Source of the DNA: Azolla caroliniana
Lineage: Eukaryota > Plantae > Polypodiophyta
Direction of reading: 5' to 3'
Assembly (NCBI GenBank): GCA_043228905.1
Contig: JBHGNT010000008.1
Span: 12,772,001 to 12,836,000, forward strand
DNA length: 64,000 bases
Position 1 is the first letter of the stretch, and every line of letters begins with the position of its first letter. Made by a program: the position numbers and the translations under genes. The notes beneath the pieces were generated by a model. It had not been told where the DNA came from and ran no database searches. It saw only the letters and a program-made list of their open reading frames with translations. Shown here in pieces: positions 1-10,291 of the stretch.

Positions 1-177
1 CTTTCGGACAGGGATACGCCTCGATTTCCTCCCTACCGAACGCGTACTACCTAGGATTTCGTCTCAGGCGACTTGTACCTACCTACGTACTATACAACAA
101 AACTTGTGCCCACGTGTAAGAGCAAGTTTACGCACGTTATACCCGGTTTCCACCTAGGGACGGTTTTCTCCACGACA
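1..177 (-). repeat. 3' LTR of element A (partial), with adjacent PPT (GGTAGGGGCGGA on minus strand, ~178-190)
   Basis: Direct repeat of ~11585-11750 with a handful of substitutions. Confidence 0.9.
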
Positions 178-300
178 TCCGCCCCTACCTAACCGCGCAT
201 CCACCGGTATGCGCCAAAATCAGACTCTTGCCGGAGAAGACCAGCCCACGCTTATCCTTCGTCTCCTGGATCGGCATCCGTTCCGAGCCGGTCATTGTCG

Positions 301-3300
301 CTATCCAAGTCGCCTTTTGAAGGCCTTGATCCTTTTTCCCGCCACCGATACCGCCATCCTTGCCCCGTCGAGCTCTGCGAGATGGTAGGTCCCATTGTCG
401 TTGGCGCTCGTAACCACATAAGGCCCGAACCACCTTCTTGCAAACTTCCGCGTTGCCCGGTGATGGTTGTCGAGGTTGTTGTCATACACTAGGACCCAGT
501 CTCCTTCCTCGATCTTCTTTGGCCTCAATCGGTGAGTCCGGTTGAACCGTCCTTTGTTCTTTATCCTCGCCGCTCGTAACTTCTCCGTGGCTTGGTCCAC
601 GTCCTTCGGTCTTCGTTCTAGCTGCCGAATCCGTGCCGCTAACAGCTCCTCCCGGCTCATCTCGTTGTTCCAGTCCACCGTGGCCCATGAGGAGATTGTC
701 TGCTCCGTTGGCATGATCGGCTTCTGCCCGTACATTTGCTCTGCCGGCATGAACCCGGTTACCGAACTGTGCGTAGTTCGGTCCGCCCACAACGCATAGG
801 GTAAGAGCCGCGGCCAATTACCGACATGGCCTCCACACGCCCGTACCAACGCTTTGACGATCGGTCCGTGTCCGCGCTCCACCTTCCCTTTAGCCTCCGG
901 ATGTACGCCGTGGTGAGCGAGAGTTTAATTCCTAGCCGGTCAAATAGCTCTTCTGCCTCTTGCGCGTCCAATTCCCCGCGGTCGGCCACGATCTTACCTA
1001 CGCACCCGTACCGGCATACCACTTCTTCGATCAGAAATCGGCACACAACCGCGGTCGTTTTGCTCTGCAACGCTTGGCCTTCCACCTGGTTCGTCAGGTC
1101 TTCCCGAGCCAGCACCAGATACCGCATCTGCCCTACCCCCATCGGCATCGTCACCAGATCCACCATTCACTTGAAGTGAACGATCGGAGGGTAGGTCGGG
1201 TGAAGCTCGTCCCGATGTCAGACTACGGAGTGCACCTGACAGCTTTCGCAAGTCGTCACGAACCGATGCACGTCCCGGTATAGCCCTGGCCACCAGTACT
1301 TCCCCTTTAGCTTCTCGAATGTGGCCCACGTCCCGCGGTGTCCGGCCTAGGGACTCTCGTGGTACGTTGTCAACAATTCTTCCCGTTCCTCTTTCTTCGC
1401 CACCACTTGGAGCGGGATGCCGTTTCTCTTCTTCGGGTGCTTCCATATGCTCCCATCCCGTAGGAAGAATCGGTACGCTTTCTTCCGAATCCGGTTGGCC
1501 TCTTCCTTCGTCCATGTCGCGTCCGGTGTCATTGTCTTCAGGAACCCGCCGATATGGAGCCACTCCCCATTGTACTTGCTCTCGTCGAATTCGTTAAGCG
1601 CCGGAGTGCTCCCCTTTCTTGTTGTTATGTTAGCTGACCTGAAGAAGTCCTCGCCGACTTCTTCGTTATCCGAAACCATGTTGTCCTGGTCGTTGAACCT
1701 CGCTCTTGAAAGCATATCGGCCATGGCGTTATCCTTTCCGGAGATGTGCCGTATCTCTGGGTTTAGGGACTTGATGTACGCGATCCACCTGAGCATCGCC
1801 AGGTCCAGAGTCGCGCATCCGGAAACCATACCCAGAATCGGTAGGCAGTCCGTCTCGATGATCACTTCCGTCCTGATCAGATAGTCCTTGTCGGCCTTAA
1901 CTGCCGAAACGATACCCCATAGCTCGCGCTTGATTTGGGTGTATCCTCACTGCCGCTCGCTCAATACCTTTGCCCCGAACCGGATCGGGAACTGCACGCC
2001 GTCTTCGTCTTCCTGATTGATCACCCACCCGATCCCGGTCGGACTCATGTCCACCATTACGTAAATGGGGACTTCCTTACCGTAAACTGCTTTCCGGAGA
2101 GCCGGTGCCGCGGCGAGCGCCTCTTTCAGTCTCCGGACCGACTCCGTGTGCTCGTCTCTCCACTCGAATTTACGCCTTTTTTTTCAGCAACCCGTAAAGC
2201 GGTTCCGCGACATGCGTGTAGTGCGGAATCCAGATGTGATAGAACACACATGCCCCAAGGATCCTTCGCACCTCGGTGACCGTCCTGTAATCAACCTTTA
2301 TCGCGGAGATGGCTTCTACCTTTGCCGGGGACGGCTTTCAGCCAAAAGGCCCGCACAGGTGTCCGACTACCAGGATCTCCGGCAGTCCGAATGCTGATTT
2401 TTTTCGGGAAAAGGTGAGCCGTGTGCTCTGGAGTCTTTGTAGCACCCTCTCGCAGTCGCGGATGTGATCCATCACGAACCTCCGGCAACCGTCGGGCCCG
2501 ACAGAATCGTCCTTGTGCTCCACCAGACATCCTTTGATCGGGATGTCGTCCAGAAACGGCATGGTGATGTCCGGGATGCAGTCCCTCAACACCTTGTTCA
2601 TCGCATTCACCATGTGTGCCACCGAGTTCGTTCCTCCTTGCGGCAGGGTACACATCTGAAATAGGCTGAGAGGAGTCCGCATCGTCGTGACATCCCTGCT
2701 CTCTACGGCTAGCTGGAACTGATCATAGCCTGAGTACAGGTCCCCGACCGAGTAGATCGACCTCCCTGCGAAGGCCTCCGCGAACTCATCGATGGTCGGT
2801 CCGATACCTGCGTTTCGAATGGTCACCTTGTTGACCGGTTGCAGGTCCTGTATGAAGCGCAGTGTGCCGTTCTTCTTTGGCACGGTAAACCACCGATTCG
2901 AATATGGGGCACTCGATGGTTCGAGGATGCCCATCTCCACCTTTTGTTTCAGCAGCTCCATCAGCTTTGGGATGTGAGCTCTGGGTACCGGAATCGGTTT
3001 GAGATTCCATGGCACATGCGGTACCGTGAAGATCACCATTGGTTCCACAACTTTCGGGTCCACGCACCCGATCTCCTCCGGTGAGAATGCGAAAGCCTTC
3101 TCGTGCCTCCCGAGCATTCTCCGAAACCGGTCCTCTTCCGCCGGCAGTAGAAAGCCATCCCCACCGATCTTGAGCTCCCGTAGCGTTACGTCGGTGAACG
3201 TGTGTCCTATGCTGGCCAGATCTCGTAAACTTGGGTCCGATGCAACCCTTTTTATCCGTAACTCGCTGCCCTCCGGTAAGGGTGCCGCGACTGGCCTCAC

Positions 3301-3720
3301 CTTCCGGTCCACAGTCTTGTACTTCGTATCCACTCGAGCTGTCCGATCCGACTCGAGTCCACTACCGAAGTCGGCGATGACTTCGTACATCTTTTCCGAA
3401 CATACCGGAATCGTCCAGTCCTCATTAAGGCCTTCTCCGAACACCTCTCGTAACTTCCCCAAGGTGTCGTCGAATGAGACCGCCTCCACGGCTCCCTTGA
3501 TTTCCTCTTCAGGGCCGAGGACTCCGCACGCCCGAAGCCGCTCCTCCGCCCACTTCTTTTCCCGGCCAACTACGCCGGTTATCGTACAACCACCGCTACC
3601 AGAGAACCAAAATTTTCTACCTATGGTATAGATCTTTTCGCCTATAGTACATCTGTGGGGTTTTTTCGAGGTGTCTGGACTATTGTGGCCCCATGCCTTG
3701 ATATCCCTCTCTAAAAATCC
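301..3720 (-). pseudogene. Element A pol (RT-RNase H-integrase), broken by frameshifts and stops
   Basis: RT motifs GDLYSGYDQ, LPQGGTNS, FLDDIPIKG; RNase H IIETDC and DNAMADMLSR; integrase VDLV, VADRGE, ERGH and WFGPY. Confidence 0.9.
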
Positions 3721-4521
3721 CCTCGGTTTTCGGCACCGAGGGTCTCGCGGTTACACTCATGGTTCGGTCGCACCGTCAGGAACTAGACCGAGTGACGCCC
3801 ATCCTGGCTTTTGACTCGTGCATATGCCGAACCGTTGTCCAGCACCTTTGTCTCCATGCACGCCGCCGTGATGTACGGTTCTCCAAGTATCACCAGATGT
3901 GAGGACGTCTCTTGCACGAAGAAGTGTTGGTCGATCTCGACATCGCCAATTGTGAGGGTCCGGCCCCCCCGGTCTTTCCCACTCGCTTGTCTTCCACCAG
4001 AACCTCGTAGTTTTGGCACGCGGCTTCTACGAAGCCCGTCTTCTCTTCGACCCGATCAGTCCACCCTGTTACCTCTCGGACCCGTCTTTCCGCGCGGTTC
4101 GCTTCCTCTTTCTTCAGCCTTACGCCGGCGAGGCCTTCCAACATCACCAACTAGAATCCAGCTTCCTTCGTCTTCCAGTCTCCATCGCTTCCGACCTGGA
4201 TTCCAGCCGACGCCGAGTAGTGGACAGTCTCTGCGTGACGAGCCGCCGCTTCTTCCATCAGCCGTTTGATACCCCTTCGTCTGACATTCAGATCCAAGGC
4301 CCTCCAGGTCTTGCTAGTGTGCACCCGACCGTTCCACAGGTACACCACGTTAGCTCTTATCGCTTCGGCGAAGTCCCCACAGTCCTTTTAGGCGTGGCCG
4401 ACCGCGTCGCACCACAAGAACCGGCTCCCAGCCGGAGGCCTTCAGTCACGGACTTGTTCGCCGCCGTCCCTCCGTGCTTGTGCGATCTGGAGGTCCCTCA
4501 CCATCTGAGTTAGCTCCTCTA
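3711..4521 (-). pseudogene. Element A gag 3' part and protease C-terminal half; internal deletion near 3958
   Basis: Degenerate knuckle (WCDAVGHA*KDC); protease tail HFFVQ...VILGEPY; frame ends RGDF* at 3711-3713. Confidence 0.7.
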
Positions 4522-4654
4522 TGTCAGGAACTCTATTAAGGCAGAGAAGGAATTAGTACTAAAAGAAGGATTAGTACTATTGTTGGGGAATAGTACTAAG
4601 ACAGAGAAGGATTAGTACTATGAGAGGTGTCGAACTTTGAGAGAAGGAATGAGT

Positions 4655-4696
<42 letters not shown>

Positions 4697-4986
4697 TGAT
4701 GCAAAAGATATATGTATTATATGAAGGAAGATATACAACAGTAGTTAGAAGGCTTAAGACTGGCGTTGAACCGATTTGGTTCGAACTAATGCCTTGCGCC
4801 TCCTTTTATAGTGTCTTCAGGAATACTCCTGAAGGTTCTAGAATGTTCCAGAGAAATCTGGAATATACATCAATTTCCCAATAAAACCTAAATGAAAATA
4901 ATATCCTTCAAATTACAATTCATAACCTAATGGTAAAGTCTCGACCCGTGTAACAAAAGGTTATGGGTTCGAGTCTAGTTATGACA
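4522..4986 (-). repeat. 3' LTR of element B (465 bp)
   Basis: Matches 9834-10286 except one substitution seen and a (GA)n tract 12 bp longer. Confidence 0.97.
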
Positions 4987-7900
4987 CTATCCCCCCTTTA
5001 AAACGACGAGTTCCACGAGTCGTTTTGGATTGAGGACCCGGTTTCTCGGGATATCGTCGATGGAAGTCTTCTAGAAGAGCACGAGCATTGGTCACATTCT
5101 CGATCGGTTCCCAAGTACGCTCGCTGGGACTATATCCTAGCCAATCGACTAGATAGTAGAGCTTGTTGCGAACAATCTTGGAATCGAGGATGGCAGCGAC
5201 CTCATACTCAGGTCCATCTTCGAGCTCGATAGGAGGTGGTGGTTGTATAGTACGTCCTGGGATAGTGCTCTCGTGATAGGGTTCGAGGAGAGAACTATGA
5301 AACACCGGATGTATCCGAAGTTGCGGAGGTAGCTCGAGACGAAAAGCGACATCATTAATCTTCCCGATAATACGGAAAGGACCTAATCGCCGATAATCCA
5401 ACTTCTCACATGGGCGAGTAGTCTTGATGTGTCGTCGTAGCAGCCACACCCGATCTCCAATGTTAAAACTGGATGGAAGTCGATGACGATCTGCGTAGTC
5501 CTTGTGTGATTGTTGAGCTTGCTGGAGTTGAGTAGATAAATCCGCTTGTATCTTGCGTAACCGCTCCAAACGATCCTCCGCGCAAGGATTTGTGGACACT
5601 TCTGGGGTTTCAAGGACACACCACCGGGGATGATATCCCGTATAAGCGTAGAATGGCGTGACTTTAGTCGATGCGTGGATAGCGTTATTATAGGCAAATT
5701 CGGCGAACTGAAGAATATCTGCCCAGTCATTCTGATGATAGTTGAGAAAGCACCGCAGATACTGCTCCAGTGTTTGATTTGTTCGTTCGGCTTGACCGTC
5801 GGTTTGTGGGTGGTAGCCGGAGGAGAGGTTACAAGTGACCTTCAGCATTTTAAAAAGGTGCTTCCAGAATTTTGACACAAACTGGGGTCCACGATCGCTG
5901 ATGATATTATCAGGGAGTCCATGATGCCGACATACTTCCCGCATGACAATTTCGGCAGTGTCTTCACTAGATATTTCTTTAGTACATGGTAAGAAATGAG
6001 CCATCTTCGTATATCGATCCACCACTGTGAGAATCGCACTGAATCCCTTAGAGACTGGAAGATCTGTAATGAAGTCAAGAGCAATGGATTGCCATGGCTT
6101 GCTTGGAATTGGTAATGGTTCTAATAAACCATATGGATGATGTCTTGGCATTTTCGCTCTGCAGCATGTATCGCAAGTCCGAACAAAATCTTCGACAAAT
6201 TGCCGCATACGGGGCCACCAGAATGATCGTTGTACTAAATCTAATGTTTTAGTACTACCAAAATGTCCTGCTGTATATGTGTCATGGCAGTTTTGTACTA
6301 CTCGAAGGCGGCAAGAACCATTAGGAACATACAAAAGTTCTTTAAAGAAGAGTAATCCATCACAGTATTTGAATTGCCGATAATCCGTACCTGGTGATTG
6401 TGATTGTGAACATGACGCTCGAGAGGGGTCAATTTGTGCTAGTATAGCTTGGGCGAAAGCGTCAGTCTTCAAGTCCTCACGTATAGTATTGGTAATGTCG
6501 GAATCCACGGGCATGTCAAAGACCTGTGCTGCTTGCAGTCGTGCTGGACCCAAGATTACTTGCTTCTGGTTATCGAAAGCTGGCTCACCGGGACGTGGTG
6601 TTAGATACGAACGCCGTGATAATGCATCTGCCTTCCCTTGGTGCTTCCCCGGACGATATGTAATTTTGAAGTCGAAGCGTGTGAGGAAGTGGGCCCACCG
6701 AGCTTGACGTCGATTCAGTACACGAGCATCTTGAAAGTAGGCAAGGTTCTTGTGGTCACTGAATACAGTGACCTGATGAGGAGATCCCTCCAGGAAATGC
6801 CTCCATTGCATAAAAGAATCAACTATTGCTAATAGCTCTTTATCATGAATTTCGTAGTTGATTTCGGCGGCGTCAAACTTACGGGAGTGGAAAGCCACAG
6901 GATGTAGCTTCTCGTCGTTACCCTGTTGTGACAGAATGCTCCCCAATGCGAAATCCGATGCGTCAGCTTCGATAATGAATGGTTTTTCCGGATCCACATG
7001 ACCTAAAATTGGAGCTGATGTAAACGCCTTCTTAAGACTCTCGAAAGCCATGTCCGTCTCTTTAGACCAAATGAATGATTGTCCCTTCCTGGTGAGTTGT
7101 GTGAGAGGCAGCACAATTTTTGAGTAATTTTGTATGAACTTCCGGTAAAAATTTGCAAAGCCTAGGAAGCATTGCACATCCCGCACCGAACGCGGAGTGT
7201 GCCATTCTATCACCGTTTTGACCTTGGCTGGATCCATAGATATGCCTTCTGAGGAGATGACATAGCCGAGAAATTCCACTTGGTTGCACCTGAAACTACA
7301 TTTCTCTAACTTTGCATACAGACCATGTTCTCGAAGTCGTTTTAGTACTAATAGTACATGAGAATCATGTTCTTCTTGGGTCTTTGAATAAACCAGTAGA
7401 TCATCCAAATAGATGATCAAAAAATCATCCAAGAGATCTCGAAATATATCATTCGCCATGTGCTGGAAGACTGCCGGCGCATTAGTGAGTTCGAACGGCA
7501 TGACCGTATACTCGAAGTGCCCATATCTGGTGCGAAACGCGGTCTTCCATTCATCTCCTGGTCGGATCCGTACGAGGTTATAGGCTCCTCGTAAGTCGAT
7601 CTTCGTGAAGAACCTGGCACCGTTGATCCGTTCTAAAAGACTTGAGATAAGGGGAAGAGCATACCTATTTCTTATTGTGACCTTATTCAAGCCACGGTAA
7701 TCTACAACGAGTCGAAGCGAGCCATCTTTTTTCTTGACGAAGAAAATGGGTGCGCCGGCTGGAGATTTCGAATGCCGAATGAAACCGTTCTCCAAATTCT
7801 CCTCTATATAGGCTCGAAGGACTTCTAGCTCGGTTGGTGACAAATTGTAGATCGGCCCCCATGGCGGCTCTTTTCCCGGTTGTAAGTCGATGGCGCAATC

Positions 7901-8575
7901 GTACGGCCGATGATGAGGAAGTGTGTTGGCTTGTACTTTATCGAACACATCAGCATACTGACGATACTTCTCGGGAAGTTGAACGGTGGACTCCTCTTTG
8001 GTGGTGCTGGAGGGTTGTATTGATATTGCGAAGAGAAACATTTCCTCCTTGCGCCCTTCCTCACGCAACTGACGTAGCGAAATGGTTGCAACCTTCTGGG
8101 TAGATCCTTGGGTTTGTCGCAACCGGATTTCCCTTGTCCTCCAATCTATGTCTGGGTTATGTAACTCGAACCATGGTAATCCTAAAACTATGGGATGTTC
8201 TGGAATACTAATAATATTAAATGATACTACACATGTTAAGTTATCTAGGACAATATTAACGGGTTCCGACTCTTCTATGATATTACCAGAAGCAATGGGA
8301 CGACCATCAATGACTACTACTGAGGCTGGACATGGGAGCTTTCTGAGAGATATCTGATGAGCTCGGGCAAAATTCCTATCCATGAAGCAAGAATTAGCTC
8401 CGGAATCTAGAAGGGCTAAGGTATGTACTGGAGGGGTACTTTTAGTACTAACTACTACTTGGGCTACGAACACATCACTAACTTGCTTAGAGGGAATGGA
8501 ACCACTAATGGGCTGCACAGATCTAGGGCTGTCCAACCAAACGGCTCCTATTTTGGCTGGACTTAGTCGTTTAAC
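4979..8575 (-). CDS. Element B Pol: protease-RT-RNase H-integrase-chromodomain, probably expressed by -1 frameshift
   Basis: LLDSGA, YLDD, EADAS, HHCC zinc finger, DFITDL/SDRG/AERTN, GPF, chromodomain YEVAAILD...YLVDWLGY...TWEP; frame is open upstream to the slippery site; stop lies inside the 3' LTR. Confidence 0.95.
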   Translation of the reverse strand, partial: VKRLSPAKIGAVWLDSPRSVQPISGSIPSKQVSDVFVAQVVVSTKSTPPVHTLALLDSGANSCFMDRNFARAHQISLRKLPCPASVVVIDGRPIASGNIIEESEPVNIVLDNLTCVVSFNIISIPEHPIVLGLPWFELHNPDIDWRTREIRLRQTQGSTQKVATISLRQLREEGRKEEMFLFAISIQPSSTTKEESTVQLPEKYRQYADVFDKVQANTLPHHRPYDCAIDLQPGKEPPWGPIYNLSPTELEVLRAYIEENLENGFIRHSKSPAGAPIFFVKKKDGSLRLVVDYRGLNKVTIRNRYALPLISSLLERINGARFFTKIDLRGAYNLVRIRPGDEWKTAFRTRYGHFEYTVMPFELTNAPAVFQHMANDIFRDLLDDFLIIYLDDLLVYSKTQEEHDSHVLLVLKRLREHGLYAKLEKCSFRCNQVEFLGYVISSEGISMDPAKVKTVIEWHTPRSVRDVQCFLGFANFYRKFIQNYSKIVLPLTQLTRKGQSFIWSKETDMAFESLKKAFTSAPILGHVDPEKPFIIEADASDFALGSILSQQGNDEKLHPVAFHSRKFDAAEINYEIHDKELLAIVDSFMQWRHFLEGSPHQVTVFSDHKNLAYFQDARVLNRRQARWAHFLTRFDFKITYRPGKHQGKADALSRRSYLTPRPGEPAFDNQKQVILGPARLQAAQVFDMPVDSDITNTIREDLKTDAFAQAILAQIDPSRASCSQSQSPGTDYRQFKYCDGLLFFKELLYVPNGSCRLRVVQNCHDTYTAGHFGSTKTLDLVQRSFWWPRMRQFVEDFVRTCDTCCRAKMPRHHPYGLLEPLPIPSKPWQSIALDFITDLPVSKGFSAILTVVDRYTKMAHFLPCTKEISSEDTAEIVMREVCRHHGLPDNIISDRGPQFVSKFWKHLFKMLKVTCNLSSGYHPQTDGQAERTNQTLEQYLRCFLNYHQNDWADILQFAEFAYNNAIHASTKVTPFYAYTGYHPRWCVLETPEVSTNPCAEDRLERLRKIQADLSTQLQQAQQSHKDYADRHRLPSSFNIGDRVWLLRRHIKTTRPCEKLDYRRLGPFRIIGKINDVAFRLELPPQLRIHPVFHSSLLEPYHESTIPGRTIQPPPPIELEDGPEYEVAAILDSKIVRNKLYYLVDWLGYSPSERTWEPIENVTNARALLEDFHRRYPEKPGPQSKTTRGTRRFKGGIVS

Positions 8576-9732
8576 TCTTCTTCTAATTGGCTAAGGACAT
8601 CAAATTTGTTTGCGAGATTCGGACTATTAGTACTATTAGGACTATTATGACTATGAGGACTATCAGAGATTCCTACTGAAATAGACTCGGGTTTAATATA
8701 GTCAGAACTAACAACGACTTGGTTTACCTGCCTTCTTGGTCTATGGGGACAGTTTATCGCGATATGCCCTGGTCCACCGCAATAAAGGCATAATCGGTTT
8801 GTTCGGCGTCGTTGCTTTTCCTCCTCCGATAGCGGCCCACGACGACGTGTAGTGTCAATTTCCATTGGAGTTGGAGTACTTACTGGAGGCGCATTATGTG
8901 ACTCCCTTTGAAAAGGTTTCGCTACCACTGAGACATAGGTAGGCTCGGATCTTGCCCTCGGCATCTGAAATTGTCGTTCCGAACGTCGCTCGAAGAGGCG
9001 GTTGTCACATCTAACCGCTCGACTGATTGCTTCTGTTAATGATTTTGGCTCTTCAGGGAAAGTCAAGAGTAAATCCTTGACATCGTTGCGTAGACCATAG
9101 CGGAACTGCTCCATCAATGCTTGATCATCCCAGGGGATATCGGCGGCGAGTAGGCGGAAATCTGCAGCATATGCGGAGGCTGGACGGTCACCTTGGCGTA
9201 ATCGCCGGATTTTGTTGATTGCAGTCCTTATGCTGTCAGTATCTCCAAAACATGCTTTAAACTCACTTATGAATTCTTCAAAATTATTTAGTACTGGAGA
9301 TTCCTTTTCTAGTAGCGGAGCGAACCATGCTAATGCTGAGCCATTTAACAACGTGCCTACTAAACCCACTCGTGATGCATCGGTGGGATATCGGGACGGA
9401 TGCATTTGAATAACTAACCGTACCTGGTTAAGAAACCCTCTAAACTGCGATCGCGTTCCATCGAACTTCGTGGGAAGGCCAATCTTGGGTTCTTTATGAA
9501 TCCCTTGTGCTCCGTGCCCTTGTTGTTGCATTGCTACGATGGTTGCTTCGAGTTGTTGCACACGTAACGCAAGTTCCCCATGCTGTTGTTGCGTTTGCTG
9601 CTTTTCTAAGGAAATTTGCTGAAGATCCCCCAACAAGCGTTGATTTTCTTGTTCCAAAGCATGAAACTTCTCTTTCAAGCATTGAAATTCCGAGAAAACG
9701 GATTGATACTCTTCAGCGCTAACGGTGGCCAT
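8563..9732 (-). CDS. Element B Gag (PEG10/sushi-like capsid, N-terminal coiled coil, CCHC knuckle)
   Basis: 389-aa ATG ORF with KFDG, LRQG, FRYGL and CLYCGGPGHIAINC. Confidence 0.95.
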   Translation of the reverse strand: MATVSAEEYQSVFSEFQCLKEKFHALEQENQRLLGDLQQISLEKQQTQQQHGELALRVQQLEATIVAMQQQGHGAQGIHKEPKIGLPTKFDGTRSQFRGFLNQVRLVIQMHPSRYPTDASRVGLVGTLLNGSALAWFAPLLEKESPVLNNFEEFISEFKACFGDTDSIRTAINKIRRLRQGDRPASAYAADFRLLAADIPWDDQALMEQFRYGLRNDVKDLLLTFPEEPKSLTEAISRAVRCDNRLFERRSERQFQMPRARSEPTYVSVVAKPFQRESHNAPPVSTPTPMEIDTTRRRGPLSEEEKQRRRTNRLCLYCGGPGHIAINCPHRPRRQVNQVVVSSDYIKPESISVGISDSPHSHNSPNSTNSPNLANKFDVLSQLEEELND

Positions 9733-9819
9733 GGGATGAAGGAAAAGGGAAATAAGAGACTAGTAGGAAAGGAGGGAGACAGAAGGAAGAGGGAGAGAAA
9801 AGACCAGACAGGCACCCAG

Positions 9820-9831
9820 AAATCGGTTCAA
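9820..9831 (-). promoter_or_regulatory. Non-tRNA (self-priming) primer-binding site of element B, TTGAACCGATTT
   Basis: Lies 2 nt from the 5' LTR, lacks TGG, and is 12/12 complementary to the LTR transcript sequence at 10077-10066, which starts 33 nt after the TATA at 10110. Confidence 0.85.
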
Positions 9832-9833
9832 AC

Positions 9834-10286
9834 TGTCAGGAACTCTATTAAGGCAGAGAAGGAATTAGTACTAAAAGAAGGATTAGTACTATTGTTGGGG
9901 AATAGTACTAAGACAGAGAAGGATTAGTACTATGAGAGGTGTCGAACTTTGAGAGAAGGAATGAGTGAGTGAGAGAGAGAGAGAGAGAGAGAATGATGAT
10001 GCGAAAGATATATGTATTATATGAAGGAAGATATACAACAGTAGTTAGAAGGCTTAAGACTGGCGTTGAACCGATTTGGTTCGAACTAATGCCTTGCGCC
10101 TCCTTTTATAGTGTCTTCAGGAATACTCCTGAAGGTTCTAGAATGTTCCAGAGAAATCTGGAATATACATCAATTTCCCAATAAAACCTAAATGAAAATA
10201 ATATCCTTCAAATTACAATTCATAACCTAATGGTAAAGTCTCGACCCGTGTAACAAAAGGTTATGGGTTCGAGTCTAGTTATGACA
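9834..10286 (-). repeat. 5' LTR of element B (453 bp) with TATAAAA at 10110-10104
   Basis: Direct repeat of 4522-4986. Confidence 0.97.
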
Positions 10287-10291
10287 CTCTA

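Larger units (their letters stand above)
4522..10286 (-). mobile_element. Intact chromovirus B (Tcn1/Tf1-sushi-like Gypsy)
   Basis: LTRs 4522-4986 and 9834-10286 (TGTCA...TGACA); TSD CTCTA at 4517-4521 and 10287-10291; PPT at 4987-5000; uninterrupted gag and pol. Confidence 0.97.

Noticed and set aside
2999-3631. Long antisense ORFs in GC-rich retroelement regions (also 31076-31840, 38139-38741)
   Set aside because: Shadows of sense-strand coding sequence with no recognisable domains
1-4521. GC-rich blocks as bacterial contamination or gene transfer
   Set aside because: Fully explained as retrotransposon gag-pol with LTRs nested in plant sequence
4916-4986. Functional tRNA gene
   Set aside because: Acceptor, anticodon and T stems pair poorly; only promoter-like boxes and spacing remain
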